Positions 8,817-19,694 of a stretch of 64,000 nt of DNA are shown piece by piece. Location: positions 302,448-366,447 of the forward strand of contig VRVR01000007.1 of assembly GCA_009859145.1 (NCBI GenBank). The letters are read 5' to 3'. The first letter of the stretch is position 1; the number at the start of each line of letters is the position of its first letter. This stretch comes from Andalucia godoyi And28. Its lineage: Eukaryota; Protista; Jakobida. The notes below the pieces were generated by a model. It saw only the letters and a list, made by a program, of their open reading frames with translations, was not told the DNA's origin and did not search any database. Both the position numbers and the translations under genes were made by a program.

Positions 8817-11438
8817 ATGCACGGTTTGTTTTGTGTTTTGCTGCTTCTGACGGCTAGTATCGCAGGGGTGGCTGGACAGGCGCTAATGGCGCCGTCGTAC
8901 ATACGGGGTCAGTGTCCAGGGACGACCTCTTTGGATTGCCAGTGTGCGTTCACTACGGGATACAACTGCACTGCAGGGCATTACTGCCCAAGCGCAGTGT
9001 TACCGAATGCATCTTATCCGTGTCCAGTTGGGTTCCTCTGTCCGCAGAACTCTGCACAGCCTACGTTTTGCTGCAAAGGATACTACTGTCCGTCTTCGAG
9101 TGAAATACACGAGTGTCCAAAGGGCTACTATTGCAAGAGAGGCCAGTCGGAACCATTCAGTTGCGGCTGGCTTACGTCTTGTCCGGCTGGAACGTCGGAA
9201 GGAGTGAGACTGGGCGCGTACGTTCTGTTTTTCCTGTCCCTGGTTGCCGTCTTCGGAGCGTACCAGTTCAAAGAATACTGTGAAAAACTCGGGATTCGCA
9301 AGCGGGGACAACTGTTGGAGCAGAGCACTGAGCAGTCCTCGGAGCTGAAAAGTGACTGCGCGGCAAAAGTCTCTTTTGCGCTCGAGGACAACAAGGAGGA
9401 CATGACGGTCGATGTCGACTGTGAAAATGGCAAAACGCACGGGACGCCGGCACCCGCCGCACTGACCAAGATGGACATCGAGTTCCAGGATTTGGGACTG
9501 ACGCTCCGAACCGGAAAAACGATCCTGGAGAATGTTTCGGGCGTCTTGAGGGCCGGGAGAGTAACTGCGATCATGGGTCCTTCGGGGGCTGGAAAGACAA
9601 CTTTTCTGTCTGTTCTGAGTGGAAAGGTGAAGAAGAGCAAAGGAGTCATCAAGGTCAATGGAAAAGAGGAGCCCAATGGAATTACACGGTTTCGCTCTCT
9701 GGTCGGATACGTTCCTCAGGAAGATGTCATGCTTCGATCCAACACTGTGTATTCAATTTTGCAGTTTTCTGCGAACTACCGTCTGCCGAAGGATTTGACA
9801 CGTGTACAAAAGCAGGAAAAAATCTTCAACGCCATTCAGCTGCTTGGCCTGTCGCAGGTCATGGAGTCGACGATCGGAGATGAGAAAACGAGGGGAATTT
9901 CAGGAGGCCAGCGAAAGCGTGTGAACATCGGCATTGAGCTGGTGACGGATCCCAAAGTATTATTTTTGGATGAGCCAACTTCTGGTCTCGATTCCTCGTC
10001 GTCTCTGGACGTTTGCATGGCGCTAAGACGACTTGCAAGGATGAATAACGTGCTCATTGCAGCTGTTCTTCACCAGCCTCGCTATGAAATCTTTGCCTCG
10101 TTTGACGATCTGCTGATCTTGGGAAAGGGAGGAAGAACCATCTACATTGGCCCGTCTGAAGACGCCATCCAGTTCTTTGAAAAATACGGTTTCCGCTGTC
10201 CTCCTCGTGTCAATGTAGCTGACTTTCTCATGGACATTGCCTCTGGAAAGGTATGCAGAGGAGGTGAAACTGCACTGTTCGATGCCGCGCTTCTGCCTGC
10301 GTTGTGGGAAAATCGTCATTCCGACGAAGCCGTCGCTTCCATTTTGAAGCAGTCTGCAAACACTATCGAAAATTCGGAGAACAGCAGCGATGTCGTCGTC
10401 AAGCCGAGCCTCCCGACATCTCCCAGTGGAGGAGACATTCGCAAGACTTGGCTTGCCCGACATTGTGATGCTCTGCGAGAATTTGCAAGCGATGCTAAAT
10501 CCGATTTCATCGAATACGTGTCGGATCTCAAGGATGAGCTGAAAAGCACTTTTCTTAAAGACGAATTTCGACAGACACCTTCCGTGTTCGCAGTCCTATT
10601 TTTGTGTCTAAAGCGGTCTTTCAGCGGTGCGTATCCTGGTTGGGGTCGGTTTCTTCGCGAAAATTTGCTGCACATCATGATTGGACTGTTCTTGGGGGTC
10701 GTTGCTCGACCAAACGATTATCTGGGACCCCTGTCGCCGTCCATGGCAGCGAATTTATGTCCGTACATGCTTCAGAGCCTTTGCAGCATGCCAATCGCTG
10801 ATAATTTCAATCGCCTTGCCGTCTTTGTGTGCTGGGGCTTGTCGTTTGCCGGCGCCGCTACCGCGGTCGGGACCTTTGGATTCGAAGAACCCAACTATTT
10901 TAGAGAGGTTGGATCTGGTATGCGGACTTTCCCGTACTACTTATCCAAGGCCATCGCAGAGCTTCCTCGGATTGGCTTTGCTGCACTGTTCTTTGAACTG
11001 GCATTTCTCGGAATATACGAAACCACCGTCAACGTCATGGTCCTGTATGCGATTGCGCTGCTCTTGTACGCAAACGGCGTTGCGATCGGATATGTTCTTA
11101 CAGCGCTGATTGGTGTTGGATTAACGCCGCTCTTTGCAGTCGTTCTTACGCTGTTGTTCTCCACTGCCCTGTCCGGAACAACCACGGCCTTGCCTGCCGT
11201 CGATCCTCACTGGATGTGGCTGTATGACATTTCATATGCAAGATGGGCCGTGAATGCATACTACGTTCTCGAAGTCCAAAACTATGATTTTTACGATGTA
11301 GAACGCGGATACGAAGCTTATGGATACCATTCCGATGATATCCCGCGATGTTTGGGGTACATGACTCTTATCGCACTCGGTTGGTACACCGTTGCCTACA
11401 TGATCATGATCATGTCGAACCGTTCAAAGAAGAAGTAA
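8817..11438 (+). CDS. ABCG-type half transporter with signal peptide and Cys-rich extracellular N-terminus (ABCG24/28/ADP1-like), 873 aa
   Basis: Walker A GPSGAGKT, signature ISGGQRKRV, Walker B FLDEPTSGLD; NBD precedes the ABC2 membrane domain; N-terminal CxxGxYC repeats plus one TM. Confidence 0.9.
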   Translation: MHGLFCVLLLLTASIAGVAGQALMAPSYIRGQCPGTTSLDCQCAFTTGYNCTAGHYCPSAVLPNASYPCPVGFLCPQNSAQPTFCCKGYYCPSSSEIHECPKGYYCKRGQSEPFSCGWLTSCPAGTSEGVRLGAYVLFFLSLVAVFGAYQFKEYCEKLGIRKRGQLLEQSTEQSSELKSDCAAKVSFALEDNKEDMTVDVDCENGKTHGTPAPAALTKMDIEFQDLGLTLRTGKTILENVSGVLRAGRVTAIMGPSGAGKTTFLSVLSGKVKKSKGVIKVNGKEEPNGITRFRSLVGYVPQEDVMLRSNTVYSILQFSANYRLPKDLTRVQKQEKIFNAIQLLGLSQVMESTIGDEKTRGISGGQRKRVNIGIELVTDPKVLFLDEPTSGLDSSSSLDVCMALRRLARMNNVLIAAVLHQPRYEIFASFDDLLILGKGGRTIYIGPSEDAIQFFEKYGFRCPPRVNVADFLMDIASGKVCRGGETALFDAALLPALWENRHSDEAVASILKQSANTIENSENSSDVVVKPSLPTSPSGGDIRKTWLARHCDALREFASDAKSDFIEYVSDLKDELKSTFLKDEFRQTPSVFAVLFLCLKRSFSGAYPGWGRFLRENLLHIMIGLFLGVVARPNDYLGPLSPSMAANLCPYMLQSLCSMPIADNFNRLAVFVCWGLSFAGAATAVGTFGFEEPNYFREVGSGMRTFPYYLSKAIAELPRIGFAALFFELAFLGIYETTVNVMVLYAIALLLYANGVAIGYVLTALIGVGLTPLFAVVLTLLFSTALSGTTTALPAVDPHWMWLYDISYARWAVNAYYVLEVQNYDFYDVERGYEAYGYHSDDIPRCLGYMTLIALGWYTVAYMIMIMSNRSKKK

Positions 11439-11614
11439 TTGAAATACTACTGCAAACCACGAATAGTAACAACAAAAACAAAAACAAACAAACAAGGCAG
11501 TCCGCACCCACTCTGTGGATGGTGCCACGTTCCTTTCCTAGAAGACGGTTTGCCCCAAACCACTCTAAAAAACGACGACAGAACCAAAAGCGCTTTGTGA
11601 AACCCCTCCCGTCG

Positions 11615-11830
11615 TCATTGTGGTTCCTGCGTTGCAGAAGCAACGCCTTGAAACTCTGTCGTGGTTTTTTCAGTTGGATGTCTTTCTGTCCATTCCTTCA
11701 GGTTCCGCTCGTATTCTTCCATTTCTGCATTGTAAATGTCGTACACACAAGGACAGCAGCCCGAATTGCAACAATCCGTCGCCAAAGGCTTTTCCGGAGG
11801 CTCGGGTCGCGGATCCTCTGCAGAACTCAT
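11615..11830 (-). CDS. Stand-alone oxidoreductase-like domain protein (OXLD1-like), ~71 aa
   Basis: PEPPEKP..DCCNSGCCPCVYDIY matches the P-x-P..CCxSGCxxCVxDxY signature; ATG at 11830. Confidence 0.75.
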   Translation of the reverse strand: MSSAEDPRPEPPEKPLATDCCNSGCCPCVYDIYNAEMEEYERNLKEWTERHPTEKTTTEFQGVASATQEPQ

Positions 11831-12134
11831 GACAGCAGTCGCCAACGCCAATCAACAACGAAACGTCTTTATTGAAATTTTAAAAGGGAAAGATGAAGGA
11901 GAAAAAGGGAAAGGAAGAAAACCAACCAACCAACAACCAATGGCAGCGGCAGCGTAAAAAGCACCATGTGAGAATGCACCTGTATGTATGAATACAGCAG
12001 ACAAGCATCGCTACAGAACGAATGTTTTTGAAGGCAAAAGACTGTGTCGACGGGGGCTGTCAGCTGGGGTAATCTTTAAAGGGTAGTCTGTAGGGGGCCT
12101 ATGGACAAATCAAGGGCGAGATTGCATTCCTCTA

Positions 12135-13114
12135 CTACGCGTCGATCATCCTGGGCTTCTGCTCTCCATTTCCAACGAGGTGGGTGGCCTCTTCTGTTTT
12201 GGTGGTTGCGTTGCGAAGCGTTTGGAACATAACCCACCCTTGGACAATGGTCGCAACGAATAAAAAGGAAAATGCGGCACAGCCCATGTCCACCGACGGG
12301 CCGAATGTGTACTCGATCTTCATTCCGTTAGAGGACTGGGAACCGATTCCTTTTCCAGAACTGCACAAGCTGCTCAACACAGGTGTGACATTGGGATCAA
12401 ACAACCCTCCGCACACCGCATCAGGAACAAGTGTGTTCATGAATTCTGTAAATGCAAACGCTGTCACAACGAACGAAATCAGGTTCATTAGGAGGGTGGC
12501 TGCTGCAACCCACAGCTGGATTCTGCTGATCTTGACAGACGGAAAGAGGTAGATTACAAACTGAGCAGCAGTCACAACCAACGTGATCACCACCATCGCA
12601 AGTGCTGCCGCAATGCGGGCAGTTACGAGCTTGAAATAGTCTTTCACCTTGGAGGAATTGTAAACAAACTCCGCGTCGTCGTAATTCACTGTCTCCGACA
12701 CCCTGCCCTGCACAAATTTCATTGTTCTCAGGAAAAGATCCACCTCCGGGTCAAATCCCGAACGTTCTGGAGATGCCGGGACATGCACGTTGAGCGTCCA
12801 CAGAGGCGCAGTGTCTGCGAATGACGCTGCTACAAGACAAAGTCTGCAGATCAATAGCAAAAGAAGGAAGCAGCAGAAGGGAGAAATAATAATATTAATA
12901 ATAACAACAATAATGATGTCAGCAATACGAGTTACAACTCTCTAAAGCATTTTTTTTTCCCTTCCTTTTTTTGTTTTGTTTTTGCTTTGATGGCTATTGT
13001 CATTCGTTCTTATGGATGGCTTAATATAAAATTCATAGAATATGCATACGTGAGAATTGCGCTCAGGCCGAGGAAACTGTGCGCTACCAGCAATTTTGAA
13101 AGCTGAAATGCCAT
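12135..13114 (-). CDS. Two-exon four-TM membrane protein (claudin/amastin-like topology), ~257 aa
   Basis: Exon 1 13114-13050 (MAFQLSKLLVAHSFLGLSAILT) joins in phase 2 via a GT-AG intron (13049-12844) to exon 2 (12843-12135), restoring TM1; three further TM helices follow. Confidence 0.7.
12844..13049 (-). other. Spliceosomal intron, 206 nt
   Basis: Donor GTATGCAT, branch TGCTGAC (12924-12918), pyrimidine tract and TGCAG acceptor; the phase match restores the ORF. Confidence 0.75.
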
Positions 13115-13410
13115 CGATGCCGTCTGCGTGGACTAAGCGATCCGATTTCTGAATGCTGCAGAACGAAAACAAACAAACAAATAATCAATTAAACACGCAT
13201 AAACCAATGTTTGGCAAATGATAAGAAGCAAATTCGCAACTGAAAGAATGGGCTCGTATAGGTCAGTCTGTGTGTCATGGTGCTGCGATGAGTGAAAAGC
13301 GAATGCTGTCCACTTTCGATTTTCGCGTCTTTTAGCTGAATTTGGACAGATTGACGCACGACACAGCTCCCAACTCTGCAATGTGGTTTGCCAGAAAAGT
13401 CCGCCGCATC

Positions 13411-16400
13411 TCAAATTGCGTCAAACATTGATGACGAATCGAGCGTCTTCATCGACTCCAAGAGAAATCGAGCTCTTTCAAGCCGCCGATTCGGGCGAGC
13501 GACATTCTCAAACGCAAGGATTTGCAGATTGATGTAAGGAAGCACGAGCATCCTTGGTTTGCGCATCGAGCCAATGTAGACTTCTTGCTCGGATGCAACC
13601 CCTCGACCATCCTTATAGTACGGTTGTACGTAAAAAATCTTGTCAGCCGACAGTGTTTTGGAATGGTGCCTGGACAAAGCCGACGGATCGGACCAAGAGC
13701 ATTCGCTCGACTTAATCATTTCGTAGAGAAGCAGTTCTTGATCAGAGAACGAGTCCAGCACAAACTTTGAGCCGAGTTTCTCATTGCCTCTCGGAAGGTA
13801 CGTAAATGCACCGATCTTTCTCATAATGTCGCAGATGCATTCCCATTTTTGGTCGTCCCACCCCAAAAGACCCCGAACAACAGTATCAAACGCACGAACT
13901 TTTGCGCGGCCAGTGGAGTCATCCACCGTCCCAAGCAACGACATGGAAAACACTTCTCCAGCAACACTACTGCAGCCCTTTGCACACTTTTGCCGACTTC
14001 CACCACCGACAACAGATCCACATTGGCCGCATTTTGCAAGAATCTCAAGCCGACTCAGTGATATGAGGTTGCCAGTTATCGCATGCAAGCAAGGGAGCAA
14101 ATCGGGACTTACTACCAGATCGTGCAGAGTTGAGGATGGAACCTTTTTCCACTCTTCCAAAGGTGGCGATGCCGCTGATTCGACCACCAGGCAGCTTTCC
14201 GGCTCCGAAGCAAGATAGACATGACCGGTTTTGGGACTCACCTTCCGCTTGAAATACTGCAGAAGTACGAGCATGCCCGCAAAAAGCGGTTCGATAAAAA
14301 AACATGAAGACGGCGCCACATAACAGGAAACGGTATCCGGAGTGTCTGTTCCGCGGATCACCAAGAACAGTTTCGCATTGTCATCCATACGCTTCTCCAT
14401 GCTGACAATGAAGCCCTCAACACAAATGATGTCAGAGGTCGACGGAAAACCGTGCAACAACAAGCTTCGAACACTTCTCTTTTCTAGTACTTGCAAAGTA
14501 GAGGCACAGTTCTGGCGGAGAGCAGCCTTCTCCTCCGGCTCCAGATTGTCGATTCCAACGGGGATTGCCGTGACGATCCCAGCTTCTTCACGAAATTCAA
14601 CAACCGTCCCCGGGATGACATCAACAAATCGATCAGCGCTAACATATCGCGAGCAAACTTTCCTTGTTCGGACATCCGAGAACACAACTGCCAATCCACC
14701 CTGTGGACTACTGCGCGGAGCAACGCGTGAAACAAGCTGCAAGCTGCGGAGGCGTTCAAACCGATTCTGCAGTTTTGAATTCGGTCCGCGAATATCAACA
14801 TTGCACTGAAGAGGATACAGCTTGAGCTCTCCATTCTGGAAAGCAAAGAAACATGGATCACGCAAGAGCCGCACCACGTATACGTTGGTCTGAGACGCAA
14901 ATCTCCAGGATTGACTGCTGATGGGTTCGATTGTGAACTGTGGAATGATTACGACAAGATCTCGAGTGGGACACGATTCCGATTCTGCAGCTCTTGCGAT
15001 TTCTCTGTCGAATGGCAGCAAATACACAGCATCCTGATTGAGCTGCGCAGACACCAATGTCAGCGAACCGGCGCTGTCGATGACCACTCTGCCTACCAAA
15101 AATGAACAATTAGTGTTGCTCGCTTCTGAGATCAGAAGTGGAGCACGAATAGGAAGATTTTCTTGCCCTGGCGAGAAGAACTCCTCCATCACGCTCCTTG
15201 TCTTTAGCTGCTGGATTCCCCAACCACAGACGTCTGCAGCGTACGTGTGCACTCTGCTAATAATATCCACGACAAGGATCTCTTTGACGGTCTTGAAAGG
15301 CCGACGTAAGGCGATCAGATCATCAATCAATGAAAACCAGAAGAGCAAGCTCGGCGCAGACCATCGTCTCGACAGTTTGACAACGTCGGAATGCGCCAAA
15401 ACAAGCGGAAGAGGAACATGGGGAATCCCTGACAGCAACCCAAACCCGCTGACCTGCACGGTCGTTCGTAGCGTGGCAACGCACACGACCTCTGAGCTGA
15501 GGTCTGATTTTGCGAAATGGGACTCGGCACGTCCAGCATGGCGACTAGACGGGATGTGCACCAACAGTGCATTGTGAATCTCGACACTTGTTCCTGGGCG
15601 GAACGCCAGCCCATACGTCGACCACGAAGAATAGCACGGGAAAAAACGAACCTTTCCGTCAAGAACGATTTCTCCACGCCGTTGAACAATGCTGGTGATG
15701 GCACCTTCGTACGTCAAGTATCGACTTGATGCATTCCATTCGCTGTGCAGCATGTCCTCCATTTTGGAAGTCAAGGTGTGTCTCTCAGTCGGGGATGGGA
15801 CATAGGAGTCCACCACGGTTTCCGACGTGTCCTCGAACAGCTTCCATCCCTGCATCTCCACGGGCCTCACGTGTGAAAGCGAGATCCACAGATGTGGTCT
15901 CAGCTGACCCATTGCGTGACACACCAAGGCATTGGAATGCGACAGTACGAGAAACACTCGAAATGACTCGGAGGGCCTGTCCACAGGAACACACAATAAA
16001 TCTGCAAAAAACCCAGATTTTTCATTTGAGCCTTGCACAATGGACGAAACTGCACACAGCAACCCTCGAAATGCTTTCCGAGTCATTGTTGGTGCGCTGG
16101 ATGCAAACTGCAATGCGTTTCGCCGCGGAATCACCTCTGGCGTAATCTTTTCCACAGAAACCTCCAAGTGAATAATCGCCTGTCGTTGGGCAGCGTCTCT
16201 CCGAAAACAGGGATCCACTCCAACCACCGAAAACGGCCCCCTGACGATCACTCCACTTCCAGGTCTGAAATGAGATGGCCGATTCATCTGATTGTTCACA
16301 CTCCCCGGGCCAACGTCATTTTGAGACGCAAGCAAAACAGACTCGTCTACAGACATGATTTTTCTACAAAGCATCAGAAACGTGACAAAAGTTATGCCGT

Positions 16401-16774
16401 GCATTACACAACAAAAAGAAGAATGAAAAAAACGATTGTTAGCAAGAAATAAGCAACACGACTCCATAAACAGACAAACGCCTCTTTCAACGTTGTGTAC
16501 TCCCTTCTTGTTGTTGTTGTTGTTGTTTTTTTGTTTTTGTTTTTGTTTTTTTGTTTTGGTTTGCTGAAGATGCATACGCACAAATCATCGGAATTCTTGC
16601 ATTTCCATCTTCGAGAAACACAATGAATCCGAATGCATAGATGGAGTCCGAGCAGTCCAGAGTCAAAGAGCCTGCAATTTCAAAGGATGAATCATATTCC
16701 CGAAAGTATGGAGGAAACTGAGCAGCGCGGACAACATCAGCGATCGTCACTCTTTTGGTGGAAAAGAGACTCAT
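13411..16774 (-). CDS. CTC1: CST complex subunit CTC1-like (multi-OB-fold telomere protein), two exons, ~1049 aa
   Basis: Exon 1 16774-16578, exon 2 16363-13411. Segments recalled as similar to plant CTC1: TIADVV at the N-terminus, FLEDGNARI, YEGAITSIVQRRGEIVLDGKV...FRPGTSVEIHNALLV, a CGQC..C zinc ribbon and GTVDDSTGRAKV. The exact start is uncertain. Confidence 0.65.
16364..16577 (-). other. Spliceosomal intron, 214 nt
   Basis: Donor GTATGCAT, branch TGCTAAC (16444-16438), TTTGTAG acceptor; phase 2 joins ORF 16487..16825 to ORF 13411..16581. Confidence 0.75.
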
Positions 16775-17480
16775 TGCATGTCGCAAGTCTTCACTGGAAA
16801 AGTCACTATCAACAGAGATCGACAATGTGTCCTAAATCAAAATGGGTTGAAAACAGAAGAATGAAAAAAAAAAATGAAGACAGGATTTCTAATCTGGCGG
16901 GAATCGTCTGAAACAAGTCTGTGCAGCACAGACTACGGTTGGCAGCTTTGTGTATCAGCGTTGAACATCAAACAAAACGATTTCTTCATTCGTCACTTTT
17001 TCTTTCTTTGTATTATTTTCTGTTTGTTTGGTTTTTTATAATCGAACCCTCAAGCAGCACCTTTCATCAGAACTCAAACATCCCATGGTTCCAAAGAGGG
17101 ATCTTCCCGACAAACTCAAACCGGCCATGCCCGAAGATACCGAGAACCAAGCAACCCGCTGATCCCCTCTCGCCGGAGGCGGAGAGCAAGAAGAAGTGAT
17201 GGCCCTTTGATGCAGAGCACTCTGCATTGAAGAGTTGGTGCTCGCCCCAAATTGGATCTGTCTTCGGTGACAGTTTAGCCGATGATCAATGGTTCATGTT
17301 TTGGCGAGCGGAGGACGGAGAAACCGCAAGACGCGGCGAGGCGCAAGGATCAGAAAGCACATGATGGTGATTAAACTGATAACGACAATTATTTAATTTC
17401 ATGTTTTTTTTTGTTCTGGTAAGAGCAGGATCAGTACAGTCCGCGTCCAACAGAGATGACAGAACGGACAGGGACGGTAT

Positions 17481-18941
17481 TTAGAGGTCGGTTGCCTTCT
17501 TGCACTGCGTATCGATTGCAGAAATCCATGCATCGCATTCATCGGCGGAGTCGCATTTGATTTCATACGTACGCAATGGTGTGCAGATCTTGAAGTACTT
17601 GTCGTCATCAGTACGTTCGACCCATGAACGCTCCAAAAGCACAACTCCCTGCGCCTCAGTGCTCGACTCTTCCTTGTAGTAAGCCAAGCAAGAGTCCTTG
17701 AGAACGAAGAGACGGCGTTTCCAGTTCTTGACGACGCCACCTTTCTTCGTCATGAAGCCCTTCTTCTGGGCGCCTTTGATGTCAGCGGGGCAAGTCTCGG
17801 AGAGGCGCAAGTTCTCAACCATGCCTGCATCCATCACCTGAACAACCTTGGCGTTCGGATCAACCTGCTCGGCCTTGCAGCGCGCGGCAAAGAAATCCGA
17901 CGGCTCCCACTTGAAATAGCCTCCAAGCGAAGTCGGGACACTGGACGCATCAACAAGCTGCGGAATCTCGGCGGGGCTGTGCTTGAAGACGTGGCAGATA
18001 CGAGTGAACTCCTTGGACAGCCACAGCGTCATCACCTTCCACACAATCCGGAAGCTCATCGGTGCATTCGTAACGACCATGGCACCAATGCGACCCGGAT
18101 AGTACCGCTTCACCACATCGAAGCCCATGCGCTCCATCTTGTCATCGAAGTTGGCGGAGCTCATGTTGGTGCAATCACACAACAGACAGATAGATTCAAC
18201 GCCAGGGGGCATCGTTTCAATTGCACGTTCCATAAGGTAGATGACCAGCTTAATGGCCTCGAGAGGCGTCGTTTTCTTTGGCTGGAACTTTCCAAACTCG
18301 AATACAACAATGGGACGTCCCTGGACATCATATACCCCGGGGATCCAGTACGAGTAACCAGCCTCGAATTCCTTTCGCACATGAGCAATTGTCAGCCTGT
18401 CGACTCCATAGCGCTCACGCCATAACACACATTCGTTGGCCTGGACAATCGTCAGATCAACATTGCTTTCGTTCCCACGCAGGAATCTGAGCAAGTCGGA
18501 CTTCGATAGTTTGGCGTTCTTGGCCTTCTCATTCAGTCCCTTTTCCACAATCTCCAGCTTCTGCGACTCTTCTTCGGAGACCGTTCCGACCGTCGAAAGC
18601 TTCAACGTGAGGAACTCGTTCCAGCGAGCAAGATCCTCTGCCTTCTTGAACGAAAACCAGATCTTCTGGCTCATGGTCGTCACTTCTGTGCAGTTGTCCT
18701 TCGTCGCTACAGCATACGGAACCGACTGAACGCTCGTCGACTTGTTCAACGCCGCAGAAATGAACGGGTCATGCTCAAGATCCTCCGATACGTACACCAT
18801 CAAATCCTGCACCGCAATAATGGCCTTCTTCCACGCACCATCTCGCTTGCACTCGCCATGACCAAGGAACTCGGCAACTTCACCAATGTTGACTGTCTCG
18901 CGAAGAACTTCCTCCTTTTTGATATCGGATCCAAGAGACAT
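17481..18941 (-). CDS. CRAL-TRIO (Sec14) lipid-binding protein with a C-terminal PH domain and a possible degenerate N-terminal PH domain, ~486 aa
   Basis: LLRFLRGN, DVQGRPIVVF and YYPGRIGAMVVTNAP (Sec14); KGFMTKKGGVVKNWKRRLFVL...CDAWISAI (PH). Confidence 0.85.
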   Translation of the reverse strand: MSLGSDIKKEEVLRETVNIGEVAEFLGHGECKRDGAWKKAIIAVQDLMVYVSEDLEHDPFISAALNKSTSVQSVPYAVATKDNCTEVTTMSQKIWFSFKKAEDLARWNEFLTLKLSTVGTVSEEESQKLEIVEKGLNEKAKNAKLSKSDLLRFLRGNESNVDLTIVQANECVLWRERYGVDRLTIAHVRKEFEAGYSYWIPGVYDVQGRPIVVFEFGKFQPKKTTPLEAIKLVIYLMERAIETMPPGVESICLLCDCTNMSSANFDDKMERMGFDVVKRYYPGRIGAMVVTNAPMSFRIVWKVMTLWLSKEFTRICHVFKHSPAEIPQLVDASSVPTSLGGYFKWEPSDFFAARCKAEQVDPNAKVVQVMDAGMVENLRLSETCPADIKGAQKKGFMTKKGGVVKNWKRRLFVLKDSCLAYYKEESSTEAQGVVLLERSWVERTDDDKYFKICTPLRTYEIKCDSADECDAWISAIDTQCKKATDL

Positions 18942-19122
18942 GTTTATTAGCGCGACGGAAAAGGAAAATAGAACAAAAAGCAGAAATAACAACTATAGCA
19001 ATCACCAAAGATTAAATTTTAATTAAAAAAAATTAACTAAAAAAATAAATTAATTTAAAAAAACAAAAAATTATCAGACTCGGAGTTTCAAAGGGCAGAT
19101 CAGAACTTTAGAGAGAGACTGC

Positions 19123-19166
<44 letters not shown>
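19123..19166. repeat. Compound (GT)n(GA)n microsatellite
   Basis: Direct reading. Confidence 0.95.
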
Positions 19167-19694
19167 TAGAAGCAAATGCAGAAAGAGAGCACGGCAAAAA
19201 GTCAGTGCTGTCGGAACTCGGACATTTGCTCCGCTCCCCTCCGACTTGTCATGATTCATGCGAAAAGTGCGGACTGCGGAGATCTTTTGGATTCTTGTTG
19301 GTTTTTTTAAATCAATTACTCTCCTCGGATTTCCAGATTTCCAGATTCCGGATGCTGAGAAGAAAATGCGTGACGGGGGGAATGTCGGGACAGACTGGTA
19401 AGTTGGGGAGGGTGTGTTGGGAATCCCTTTTTCTTCTTTTCTTCTTTTTTTTTTGTTTTGTTTTGGCGCAGTCGCACGAGCAGCCGTGAGAGCCGCAAAT
19501 CGGTAGCACTGTCACTGTCTTTCAACGTGCATGCTGCGTACTAGTAGATGCACTTTCCCCCCTTCTTTTCTTCTGTTCCCGCTCTTTGTCCCCCGCATTT
19601 TTTCCTGAACGCCGACAGTGTGATCATAAAATCAATGCAAAGCAAAGAAAAGCATGCTGCACGTACAGATTTTAACGAAACAACACCCTCGCAA

